Counted from the first letter of the stretch, positions 28,013-42,188 are shown. The stretch is 64,000 bases of DNA from Octopus sinensis (GCF_006345805.1 NC_042997.1:183210001-183274000); one strand, 5' to 3'. Notes: generated from the letters alone by a model not told the origin. Translations and numbers: made by a program.

Positions 28013-31000
28013 TCAAAATAAGCAACAAGGATATCCAAGGTAGTGTAGTACAATCGTTTCATGCTACTTCATTTTATTAAACGCTGTAAGTATTACATCA
28101 GTTTTAAAATGTCGAGCAATCTTCAGCCACATATAGAATTTTTTAATTAAATGGGCAATGTACATTTTTATACTTATATATATATATATATATATATATG
28201 TTCTTGTTTCTGTCTACCAAATCTAATCACAAGATTTAGGTTGGCCCCAAGGCTATAGTAGAAGACACTTGCCCAAGGTGCCATGCAGTGGGACTGAACG
28301 TAGAACCCTGTGGTTGGGAAGCAAGCTTCTTACCACAGAGCTACGCCTGTGCCTGTATAATGTCAAGTATTTGCATGTAAGGTGGAAACAATGTCTCTGT
28401 ATCTTACTTTACTTACACAGACATTGGTTAAAAACAATCTCTTTAATCCTGTCATTACTGCAAACTCACTATTAATTAGTATCATAAAATCATCATCAGC
28501 ATTGTTGTTTTAGCATTCATTTTACCATGCTTGCATTGGTCATACGGAATTTGTTGAAACAGATTTTCTACAGCCAGATGCCCTTCCTGTTGCCAACTCT
28601 CACCTGTTTCCAAGCAAGATGACATTTACTCATGGACAGACATGTTTTCCATGTGAGATTGGAAATAATTGACTCTGCATGTATGGTGGTGACATTTGTT
28701 TACAGCTATCACTTGAAGTCAAGGCAATGAGAGAGGGTAATGCACACACACACACACATATACACACACACTCACACACAAACACATACTTTTATGGATC
28801 TATGCAGGATTGCACCTAAGGACTTACGCTCATGGATCTGTGCAGGATTGCACCTAAGGACTCATGCTCTTGTTTCTATAACTTCGGAAAGTTGAACTAT
28901 GAACTTTTATGCTTCTTTTCTCTTTTTCTTTCCATCTCCTTATTCTTTTACTCCCTTCGTCTATGTCGTCATCTCATTAATATATACCATTCTTGTTTTC
29001 CTTATTTTTTCCCTATTTGTCTCTGATGACAGAATATCCCATACACGGGGATATCCCAGAAACAGCCATAAGGCTTTGAATTTTTTCCAATAATAATATT
29101 GTATGCAACTTGAGATATTTCCCTTGCTTTAATGTTTGTTGTCCTCTTTAACAATTATTTATCCACTGCATCAGAAGTTTTCAATGGCTCCATAACTACT
29201 GCCTTGGCTATAACCTTGGAGCCCTAGTAATCCGTTACAGTACTTACCAAGTGTACCTAATCGTTTAGATCACTTCTGAACTAAACCCCCATACTTTGTA
29301 TATGTGCATGTATATACCACTTATTAATCTGAGTGGAGGCAATGCGAGCAGTAACTAAAGGAACGTTACTAAAATCCACAGAAAGATCAAACACATACAT
29401 ATATTCATATATTCACTTATATCCACAGAACAGATATAAAGTCCGAAGTTTAAAAATATAATAATATATAAATAAATAAACATCATATAAAATATATAAA
29501 TATATAAGAATCAGTGTTACATACAAAACACATTGAATTTACGCTTAAAATCATGAAACATTTGGTAAATTATTTGTTAAATAAAAAATTTGGGATAATA
29601 AAACATACAATGACATATTAAAATGATGTATTAAAATTCCAGAGAAAAATACAGAAAAATTAAATATACAAAATTACAAAATTGTTCATCTATGAGATGT
29701 GCCAATTAATATGAAACATTTCATATATTCATGTGCGTGTATATATGAATATACATGAGATCATATGGCCTAGTGGCTACGATGTTGTACTCACAATTGT
29801 GAGATCTTGGTTTTAATTACTGGACTGGATGATGCATTGTACTGTGTCCTTGAGCAACACACTTCTTCTCTCATTGGTCTGCTGTCACCTCCACACCTGA
29901 TGTATGGCACATCATGCACCTTTTCAGGCAATGTCTATTTGATAGAGGGAGTTAGCTAATGTCTGGCACATACATTTGATCACTATAAACAAATCATTTG
30001 TGCAGATCGTTCAGCTTTTGCCAAACACTCATGTCATCTTTGACGGAAGAATCCATCATATACAAATACATTCACACACACACGTCAAGCTAAGTAAAGC
30101 TCTGGCTGCCTCTACATTCAAGTATGTCGTACGTCCCTCTCTCAGCTGAGAGATTCTTCCCTTGAAGGCTTACAGGTGCTGGTGCCACATAAAAGTGCCC
30201 ATGCTGGTGCCACATAAAAGCACCTGTGCTGATGACATGTAAAAGTGCCAATGCCGGTGTCACATAAAAGTGTCCGTGCCAATGTTACTTAAAGGTACCT
30301 GTGTTGGTGCCATGTAAAAGCATCCTAGCTGGTGCCATGTAAAAGCAGCCAGTACACTGTATGAAGTAGTTGGTATTAGGAAGGGTGTCCAGCTGTAGAA
30401 TCCATGCCAAAATAGGCAACTGAAACATGGGCAGCTCCCAAGCTCCTGTCAAACTGTACAACTTATGCCAGCATGGAAAGCAGACATTAAATGATAATGA
30501 TGATGATAGTGCTGCTGCTGCTGATGATGACATCAAGCTTCTTTTAGTTTCCATGAACCAAATCCATTCAGTCGAATGACAAAGGAACAGGAATCACACA
30601 ATCAACTTCATTAGCTCACAGCTGTTTCAGTTATAAGAAGCAGTGCATTCACAGCTGAGTGCTTATGGATCATCTTATAGCTTCAATGGAGCCTTTTAAA
30701 CATGCATGCATGCTTACATACATACATACATACATACATACACACACACATACATACATACATACATAATACATATATACATACTTACATACATACATAT
30801 ATACGTATGTACATACATACATACATACATACATACACACACTCATGCTAACATGTGTGTTAACCAATGAAGGTGATTATGTAATTCTTGTTGTCTTGTC
30901 ATTTGATTAATTCGTATTACACTCTGTACTCAACTAATGCTTTATTCTGAAGCCTATATATATTGAGTTTTGGCTGCAGGTTATTAGTATTGCTATGCCT

Positions 31001-34000
31001 AAGCAAAATCTTAAAATATCTATATGTATATCTATATATGTGAATATATGTGTGTGTATGAGCGAGTGTGTGTATATTTGTATCTCCTTATCTTGACATC
31101 ATGTGGTAGTTGTAAATAAGTGTCACTATCATACAAGCTGTGTCACTATCATACAAGCTGTGTCATTCATTACCAATATTCTGTGATAATGTCTGGTGAT
31201 GGGAAAATATTACTTGCTTGGAAACAGGTGAATGTTGGCAACAAGAAGGGCATCCAGCTGTAGAAAACCTGACTCAATAACACTGTCTGTCCCATGGAAG
31301 CATAGAAAAACGGACATTAAAATGATGCCACCTCCTCTACTGCTGCAGCCACAGCTGCCACTACCGCTGCAACCAACAACAATGATTATGACACTACTGC
31401 TGCCAACACTGCTGACAACTGCAAAGAGCCAGAACAGGTACTGCAACACATGTTGTATGATTCTCTAACAGTTCTACAACTCTACCATCCTTAACTGCTA
31501 CTTTATTTATCAGCACCCACTTTCCGTCAAACAGATGAAAGGTACAGGTAACCTCAGTGAGATTAGATCTCAGCATATGTAGAGCTGAAACAAAGTACCA
31601 TAAGGCATTCTCAATCATTCAAGACACCTGACACTTGATACTGCTTCTGCTGCTGATGATGATGATGAGGATAATGATGATGACAACGATGATGATAGGA
31701 TGGGATTTTAGTGAAGTGATGATGATGATGGTGTTGTGTTGGTGTTGTTGCTTAACCTCAGGTCAGTCTTAATTGAGCAGACCAATAAATGATTAAAGCA
31801 TTCCTGCTATGACCAGCTTGTAGGGCCGATGTAACTTATCCTTGTACAAGTTGTTGTGGTGTGATTTAAAGGAGATTTGGTTGCTGTTTCTAGAAAATCG
31901 AATGATCAGGTAGAGGCTTTCTTGGTGGCTCAGTAATAGTAGTGGGAATGCTCACATGGGAAATTCTAACATTAACTATTCTTGTAAATATCAGTGATAT
32001 TGCTAACTAATAAGCGGCTTCCACTTGTACTGACACATAAACCTCTGCTTCTACTGTTCATACTTCTAATGCTACTAACTCACCCATTGTTATTATTATT
32101 GCTGCAGTGAATAATATCAACACCACCATAGCCATCTATCTCTTTTATTGCTACCACCATTGTTGTTACTATTGTGCTGTGCTGTGGCTAACACTACATC
32201 TGTTGCTGCTACTACTTTTACTTCTAATGACAGTGCTATTGGTATAAACACCACTTTCTTTATTATGGAAAATTCATCAGAAAGCTGGATAAAATGCTTT
32301 TGTTCTGCCTCTTTACATTGAATTCAAAACCAGCTGAGGTCAACTTTGTATTTTATTCTGCCAGGGTTGATAAAATAATGTATGTATCTAGACTGAGGTA
32401 TTATAAGTCTCCAAGGCAGGTGATTTAATCAGCTAACACCCTATCCTTAAATTTCTGGTCTTGTGTTTATATTAGAAACAATTATTATTATTATTGTTTA
32501 AGGTGGCAAGTTGACAGAATCATTGGCATGCTGGAAAAATGCTTAGCAGCACTTTTTCTGGCTTTATGTTCTAGGTTCAAATTCCGCTGAGGTCAACTTT
32601 GCCTTTCATCCTTTCGGGGTCAATAAAATAAGTACCAGTTGAGCACTGGGGTTGATGTAATCGACTTACCCTCTTCCGAAATTTCTGGCCTCGTTCCAAA
32701 ATTTGAAATCATTATTACCAAGTAGATCAGTACGTTAAAATAACCTTTATAGGTAAAATTATCCACATAATTATAATTGGGGTTCAGCTAATTGCTTCAC
32801 CACATGCCAAATTTGGAAGTAGGAGTTGAAATTCCTTTTCTGCTACTGTAAGAATAGTAGCAGAAAAGGAATTTTGACTCCTATTTCTGGGTTTGGTGTG
32901 TGGTGGGGCATTGGCTGAACCCTAATTATAATTATGTATATATATATATATCCACACATACACACACACACACACACACACATCCATAAATGTGCCGGTG
33001 ACATGTAAAAGCACCCACTACACTCTCAGAATGGTTGGCGTTAGGAAGGGCATCCAGCTGTAGAAACTCTGCCAGATCAGATTGGAGTCTGGTGCAGCCA
33101 TCTGGTTTGCCAGACCTCAGTCAAATCGTCCAACCCATGCTAGCATGGAAAGCGGATGTTAGACGATGATTATTATTATTATTATTATTATTATTATTTT
33201 TTAAGGTGGTTAGCTGACAGAATCATTGACATGCCAGAGAAATCCTTAGCAGCGTTTTTTCTGGCTTTACAGTCTCAGTTCAAATGCCACCAAGGTCAAC
33301 TTCACTTTCAGGAACAATAAAATGAATACCAGTCAAACACTGGTGTCAATATAACTGATTTCCCCCTCCCCTCAAAATTGCTGACCATGTGCCAAAAATT
33401 AAAAAGAATAATTATTATTGTTGTGCTGTGGTGGAGTGATGGAGTGGTAGAAATGGTAAGAACGGAGTTCAATGCTTCACAGTATTTAACATTCAGATTA
33501 AATTGTATTATAATTTTTATTTATTGACATTGTTTTGAATTAATCAGGTATCATCTTGTACCTTCAAGATTTTGATGATGTGATTGTATATTTTTTGAAT
33601 GACGTTGTACCATAGGTGCAAGAGACCCAAACTGGTTGGTTTGAACATAAAACAGGTTAGAATATTTAGGCCAGATTAGGCTGGATTAAATACTAAAAGG
33701 TTAATTCATCCTTCATGACCTTGTGTCTGTAAGAAGTCATTATTTAGTGTATCCCTTTAGGTTCTGAACTCTCTGTGTAGTGAAACTTTATCTTTATACT
33801 TTCAAAGGCAATAAAATAAATACCAGTTTATTGGTATTTTGATTTCAGTACTATTGGAATCAAATAAAATAATTGCCTGATTTGATTCCAGTACTATTCA
33901 TATAAACACCACTTTTTTATTGTAGAAAATTCATTAGAAAACCAGATAAAATGCTTCTGTTCTGGCTCTTTACATTGAATTCAAAACCAGCTGAGGTTGT

Positions 34001-37000
34001 CTTTGTATTTTATCTGTCAGGATTGATAAAATAATATACCTATCAAGAATGAGATATTATATGTTTATAAGACTGGTGATTTAATCAATAAAATAAATAC
34101 CAGTTTATTGGTATTTTGATTCCAGTACTGGAATCAAATCAGTCAACTATACACCAATTCCAGATAGATTTAATGGCTTTGTGTTATTATAAGAGATTAT
34201 TATTACAAAGGCGGTGAGCTGGCAGAATTGTTAGCGTGCCGGGCGAAATGGTTAGCGGTATTTTGTCTGCCATTGCGTTCTGAGTTCAAATTCTGCTGGG
34301 GTCAACTTTGCCTTTCATCCTTCCGGGGTCAATAAATTAAGTACCAGTTATGCACGGGGGTCGATGTAATCGACTTAATCCCTTTGTCTGTCCTTGTTCG
34401 TCCCCTCTATGTTTAGCCCCTTGTGGGCAATAAAGAAATAAGAATCATTAGCACACTAGGCAAAATGCTGAGCAGCATTTCGTCCATCTGCATGTTCTGT
34501 GTTCAAATTCTGCCAAGGTTGACTTTGCCTGTCTTCCTTTTGGGGTCAATAAAATAATTACCAGTTGAACACTGGGATCGATGTAATTGACTTATCCCCT
34601 CTCCTGAAATTGTTGGCCTTGTGCCCGCAATTTGAAACTATTATTATTTATTTCTTTATTGCCCAGTGCGTAACTGGTACTTAATTTATCGACCCCGAAA
34701 GGATGAAAGGCAAAGTCGACCTCAGTGGAATTTGAACTCAGAACGTAATGGCAGACGAAATACCGCTAAGCATTTCACCTGGTGTGCTAATGTTTCTGCC
34801 AGTTCACCACCTTATTACTATTATTACAAGTATTATTAAGATGGCAAGCTGACAGAATCTTTAGCATGCTGTACCACCAAGGTTGTATTTGCTTTTCATC
34901 TATTTGAGACTGATGAAATAAGTACCAGTTGAGCACTGGAGTAAATGTAATTAATTGACTAATCTCCTCTCCCAAAATTTCAGGTCTTATGCCAAAATCT
35001 CAAACAATTATTATTAAGGTGGGGAGCTGACAGAATCTTTAGCTTTCTGGACAAAATGCTTAAGACATATGTCTAGCTTTATGATTTGAGTTCAGATTCT
35101 GTTGAAGTTGACTTTGCCTGTTATCTTTCTGGGTCAGTAGAATAAGTATTAGTTGAGCACTGGGGTTGATGTAATTGACTAGCTTCCTCCCACAAAATTT
35201 CAAGCTTTGTGCTGATAGTAAAAAGGATTATTATAATTACTATTCTGTAAAACTGTTCAGTTAACAGAATAGTCACATGACAAACTAATTATCTTATAAT
35301 ATTTAGTTTGCACCTCTACATTCAAGCTCAAATCCTGTCCTCCTCCTAAGTCAGTCAACACTAGTCATGTAATATTGCTAATGTGTTTTGTTCTTTTGAC
35401 CATTTCTCAATGCAACAACTGCAATTAACCATATCCTCCCAATTCAGATACCTAGGCAACATGACTGTTAATGATTGAACATTGGATAAAAGGTTTCTAG
35501 AACACCTGAGGCAGGGCTCTGTAGCCTTTGGAAAGCTTCATATGAAGGTCTTTCTAAATAATCGTTTCAGCCTCCATACCAAGTTTCTTGTCTTTTTTGG
35601 GTAGTCTATGTTTCTACTTCTCTGTATGGGTGCAAGCTAGGATCACAAACTGCTGGTACATTAAGGCCCTCAGAATCTGTGACATCTAGTGTCTCCAGAA
35701 AATCATTTCAGTCTCCTGATGAGAAAGCATTATACACAGAAATTCTTCATTAAATCAACATCAGTAGCATGAAATCCATATTATATAGGTATCAACTGAG
35801 GCAGATTGATTGAATATGTCTGATTCATGTCTCCCTTGTAGGATCATCTATAGCCAGTTGTACCATGGCCATTGCCTGACTGGACAACAAAGAAAAGTTG
35901 TTCAAAGAACAGCTGAAGACCACTTTGAAGAGCAGTATAACCAACCCTTCAAGATTGAAAGATAACACGTCCAGCTTTTCACATTGGTGTTCTCATAGTT
36001 GGGGAAGGATTCAAGATATGGAGGTGAAACACACTCAGTGGCATACCATGGATTTTGGCTGCTGTGTTGTTTCTCAATTGATCACTCCACTTTAACTACA
36101 AACAGTACATGTATATAAAGTGGCTGTCCTGTATGGTCTATACAAACTGCACACCCAACACTGTGCTGTTGAACACACTGTGCACTAACAGAGGAAGTGA
36201 GAAAAGAGGCATGCATGAAGATTAATACCTAGCTTCTCCTATTAAGCATCCACATTCCTTGTCTGCAACCAAAGCTGCATAATGAAGATCAGGGTATATA
36301 GTCATCAAAGGATCTTCAATTTTAAAAAAATGCTTCGGCAGTACATATTCTAAAATTGGAATGATACAGAGAAGATTAGCATGGCCCCTGTGCAAGGATG
36401 ACACGCAAATTCATGAAGCATTCCATATTTTTTTAAAGGTGCAGGAGTGGCTGTGTGGTAAGTAGCTTGCTTACCAACCACATGGTTCCGGGTTCATTCC
36501 CACTGCGTGGCACCTTGAGCAGGTGTCTTCTACTATAGCCTTGGGCCGACCAAAGCCTTGTGAGTGGATTTGGTAGACGGAATCTGAAAGAAGCCTGTCG
36601 TATATATATATATATGTGTGCGTGTGTTTGCGTGTCTGTGTTTGTCCCCCCAACATCGTTTGACAACCGATGCTGGTGTGTTTACGTCCCCATAACTTAG
36701 CGCTTCGGCAAAAGCAACCGATAGATTAAGTACTAGGCTTACAAAGAATAAGTCCTGGGGTCGATTTGCTCGACTAAAGGTGGTGCTCCAGCATGGCCGC
36801 AGTCAAATGACTGAAACAAGTAAAAGAGTAAAAAGTGTATCACTGAATTTGATGAACAACCATAAGCATTGATAAAATAGCTACTTGTAAATAGATAGAA
36901 GTGGTTCAACGCATTTCCTCTTGTTCACTTTTCTGTAAAAGGTTACCTTATGTCTAGACAATAGAAATTGCTTTCATGAAAACCACTGCTGCCTCTGCTG

Positions 37001-37747
37001 TCACAACTACCATCACTTTTACCACTGTTAAAAACAGTACCTATTTCTTTACCACCCACAAGGGGCTAAAGACAAAGAGGACAAACAAGGACAGACAAAT
37101 GGATTAAGTCGATTACATCGACCCCAGTGCATTAACTGGTACTTAATTTATTGATGAAAGACAAAGTCGACCTCGGCGGAATTTGAACTCAGAACGTAAC
37201 GGCAGACGAAATACGGCTACGCATTTCGCCCGGTGTGCTAACGTTTCTGCCAGCTCGCCGCCCCTTGTTAAAAACACTACCACAATTATTAACAACATTG
37301 CCAATATCTAACCAATAGGGGACACTTAACCTACTTGAAATAGCAGCCAAGTCACACCTTAGAAAGGAATGACACATTGGATAATGTCGCTCTAGATATA
37401 TACTTTATAGCTGAATAAAACGATGGCCGAGATGTTTTTGGTAAGTTTGTTTGTACAAGACCTAGCCAAGAGTTATACAACAACAACAATAACAGTAGCA
37501 GTGGCAGTGGCAGCAGTAGCAGCTGCCCGACTTTGCTATTGTCTGTATTGCTATTAGCTCTACTGCTACTGATTGCATCTTTATTGCTATTGTGATTGCT
37601 ATTGCTGTTGTAACTACTGTTATGTCTGTGTCTTGTGCTCTGCTACTATTGCAATATCATGTCTGATACAACTATTACTACTACTACCAGTACCCTCATC
37701 ATCATTTTCTATACCACCAGCACCAACACAACCACCAATACAACCAT

Positions 37748-37794
<47 letters not shown>

Positions 37795-40700
37795 GTACTA
37801 CTACTACCACTGTCAGTACCGTCGCCAGCATTTTCAAAACTACAAGCACAACCGACGACGACAACCACCACCACCACACCACCACCACCACCACCACCAC
37901 CACTACTACTACTATACTACTACTACTACTACTGCTACTAGTAGTAGTAGTAGTAGTAGTACTGTTCCTGGTGCAGCTGCTGCTGAAATTGTAACATTGT
38001 CGATGTGACTGTCACCACCAGTCTTGCTATCATATCACACACACATACAGGCCACAGCTGGTGCTACCGCCATAAACCACCACAATCTCTACTATCACCA
38101 ATACTGTTGTTGCTATTAAAACATTTACTCCTCACCCTCTCTACAAGTCCCGCTGTTGCCTCCATCACTGCTCCAGCCATCAAAACTACCACCACCACTA
38201 TTGCTTCTATCAATACTACCACTGACCATTCCCCCAACCAAGTGTACTGCTGCTGGTGCTGCTACTATTACCACCACCACCATTACTGCTACTACTAGCA
38301 CCACCACTGTTAAAACCAATACCACCATTACTGCCGCTATTGTTGCTATGCTGCTGTTGCTATAGTTACCAGCTCCACATCCATTCTGCTGCAAAATCTC
38401 TTTCCCATACCTATTTTTAATGATACCCCCCCAAATGAAATGCTTTCAAAAGGTAAGCAAAAATAGACAAAATAATAATAAATTTCTGTGTAAAAGTTCT
38501 GAATTAGATGTCACTCAAACATGATTATATATATATTTTGAATTGGCAGTGTTAATAAACAGTGGGACTTAATACATTTACCTGTAAATTATAAAAAAAA
38601 TTGCTTTCTCACTCTCTCGTCCCCTTTCTTTGTGCTTTCTTTCTCTATGAAATGCATGCATACAAACATACATACATACATATTGTACATACACACACAC
38701 CTGGATGTGAAATGTTCAGTATACTACAAAAAGACTATGCATGGGTGTATTTCCTGAAGACATGAAGAAGACAGTAATATTGACTGGAAGCATTGCTTCT
38801 CTTGGACTTGTGACTGCTAAATCACATCACATTTTGAAGGTTGTGCGTTTGTACTCCAAGAACAGGAGATTGCTACGAAATACTTAATAATATCTACCTA
38901 CCTACCTATTTCTTTACTACCCACAAGGGGCTAAACACAGGGGAGACAAACAAGGACAGACAGACGGATTAAGTCGATTATATCAACCCCAGTGCATAAC
39001 TGGTACTTAATTTATCGACCCCGAAAGGATGAAAGGCAAAGTCGATCTCGGCGGAATTTGAACTCAGAACGTAACGGCAGACGAAATACGGCTACGCATT
39101 TCGCCCGGCGTGCTAATATTTCTCCCAGCTTGCCGCCTTATTCTACCAATATACCTACATGCCTACCTGCCATGTAACCTGTGGTGGCATCATGTAAAAA
39201 AGCACCCAGTACACTCTGTAAAGTGGTTGGTGCTATGAAGGGAATCCAGCCATAGAAACCATGTCAAAACAGACAATTGGAGCCTGGTGTAGCTCTCTGG
39301 CTTGCTAGCTTCTATCAGACCATCCAACCTATGCTGGCATGGGAAACACATTAGGTAGTGGTGGTGGTAGTGGTGGTGGTGGTGGTGATGATGATGATGA
39401 TGATGATGATACGGGTGTTTGTGTGTTTATGTATGTGTGTATGGTATGTGTGTTTGATGTCACTATGTGTTACCTTGATCAAATACATTGTGCTATAGTG
39501 TTAAGCTTACTTGCCTTGCTAGCGCAATTCAGTTAACAAAAGCTATACAGCAGTGCATAGTATATATTTATGTATATGAATTTCTATGCAAATCTCACCT
39601 CCTGCATCTATGCTTATGGACATGGTTGAAGACACCAAAATAATAGCATAACACCAATAACTAATTTCCTACACTAAGTATAACCAATTTAAGCAGAAGC
39701 TATCTATCTAGATTCAGCCAGCTAATATCACCTAACTAGAACAATCCTCCTCCCCTTCCTCCTCCTCCTCTTCTTCCTTATCCTCCTCCGCCCCTATACA
39801 TATATATACATATATATATCAAACTGTCCGACAAATGGGAACATGAAACTCTGAGTAGCAGTTTTTTGTGATATTTTGTGATGTTTTTGTAGCTTGAATG
39901 ATAAAGTATATATATACATACATGCATACATACATACACGCACGCATGCACACACACACACACATGCATACATACATGCATACATACATACATATATACA
40001 TACATGCATACATACATATACATACATGCATACATACATATACATACATGCATATACATACATACATGCATACATACATATACATACATACATATACATA
40101 CATACATCCATACATATACATATATATTCATACATGCATATATATATATATATATATATGGTTCAAATGCACAGAAAACAAAAGACAGAGACAGGTGAGA
40201 GAACAACAACCAGGTGTATTAGTTTGATGCTTGGGAAAAATGGAAAAGTCTTTGATGCTTTGAGCCTATGCACTTTAACAGAAAGGGATGAGAGAAAGAA
40301 GGATGGAAGAAAGAGAAAAAAATTGTCGGTATTAACAGTTCCACATGTTAAAATGATTGGAAGAAAGAGCACACACACACTAACACCCATCCTAAAACAC
40401 ACTAACACCCATCCTAAAACACACTAGCACACACATACACAATGATGATAATAATAATAATAATAATAATACCAACAACAACAACAATAATAATGTTTTG
40501 TCTTAGTATAAAAGATGAGCTACAGCAAATATTCTGCTCAATACCACAGATTTGCTTGTCAATTGTTTGGCCTTAACCAGTTGAGCATGTCCCTTAGTGG
40601 CTGATGATATGTACATTTCTGTTCACAAGCAGAAGGGGAGCATTATAGCTATGTATTGAGAGGAGTTCTTTGGGGTTTGAATAATTCACCTTTGGAAACA

Positions 40701-40956
40701 TGGGTGTTTCATTCAACATCCTTAAACAACCTTTTTGAGTGGGATGGGTTACTTGGATGTGAAGAAAATTCTAACTGGGCCCCACCTGCAAGATCATGCG
40801 CTATTTATCTTGATAGGAGATCACCATGTTGCATACATATGGTTGTGATGCATGTGCCTGGTATACCCTTATCTGATGGGTAGTCATGATGGGTATACTG
40901 GGCTTCGTATATTTTACCCCAGTGTCACTTTAATGGTATGCACTGCTCTCTCACTC

Positions 40957-41003
<47 letters not shown>

Positions 41004-41050
41004 TAATAATAATGATGATAATAATGATAATAATAATGATAATAATAATG

Positions 41051-41087
<37 letters not shown>

Positions 41088-42154
41088 TAACAATTGGGGG
41101 TTAAGTACAATCTGGGCAAATTACCCCATCAGCACTTTATGCAGGAACCTGGCCAGTGTAATAGTCCAATAACCAATAACCAAAGGAAGTTCTGTTAGAC
41201 TTCAACAAATGATAAAAAGGAGCCCTTCACAAATCCAAGGTATGATCCAATAGGCATATTATGAGCCTCACTGAGTGAAATATAAGTAATTTGTCTGAGG
41301 GAAAGGAAAGTCAAATTGATGTAACAAATGTTGTTTATTTCATACCACATATGATGTTATGCAGAACATGCAGTATATTGCATGTATTGTATAACATTAC
41401 ATGTGTTATGGAATAAACAAGGTTTGTTTACAGAAACATTTGTAACATTGATTTGATTTCTCTCTTCCTTGATGTTAAACGATAATGATGATATTTTATC
41501 ATTATCATCGTCATTTAATGTTCATTGTCTATGCTGGCATGGGTTGGACAGTTTGACTGGGCTGGCACACTAGAAGGCTGCACTAGGCTCCAGTCTGATT
41601 TGGCATGATTTTCTATGGCTGGATGCCCTCCCTAATGTGAACCACTCTGAGAGTGTAATGGGTACTTTTATGTGCCACCGGCATGGGTACCAGTTGCATG
41701 ACCCCAATATCTGCTATAATTACAATTTCCCTTGGCTTGATGGGTATTCTTCTCAAGCACAGCATAATGCCAAAGGTCTTGGTCATTGCCTCCATGAAGC
41801 CCAACACTGAAAAGAAACTCGGCTATCTCACCTCCATGAGGCCCAACACTTCAAAGGAACTCAGCCACTTTACTTCCATGAGGCTCAACGCTCGAAAGGA
41901 ACTCAGCCACTATGCCTCCATGAAGTCCAAATATATATATCATCATCAATATATATATATATAGGGAGAATTCACAAAAAAAAAACAAAAGACAAAGACA
42001 GGTGGTGTAGAAAACTAACAGATGTATTAGTATAACACTCGGGAATTGAAAAAGTCTTTTATGTTTCGAGCCTACGCTCTTCCACAGAAAGGAACACAGA
42101 AAGAAACAAGGAGAGAAAAAAATTGTGTGTAGTGGCTACCGATCTATCATGGCG

Positions 42155-42188
<34 letters not shown>

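Noticed and set aside
29330-29430. Further hammerhead at the minus-strand CUGUGGA motifs
   Set aside because: A stem follows but there is no GAAA or NUH site.
36331-36434. Functional U6 snRNA gene
   Set aside because: The first nucleotides are missing, four CpG transitions and an A>T are present, and an A-run lies directly 5'. Best read as a retrocopy.
37573-38394. ORFs rich in T, V, L, S or Y
   Set aside because: Translations of trinucleotide microsatellites on all frames, with no splice or domain support.
39778-40427. ORFs up to 177 aa rich in H/T/Y/I or M/C/V
   Set aside because: Translations of (CATA)n and (TA)n microsatellites.
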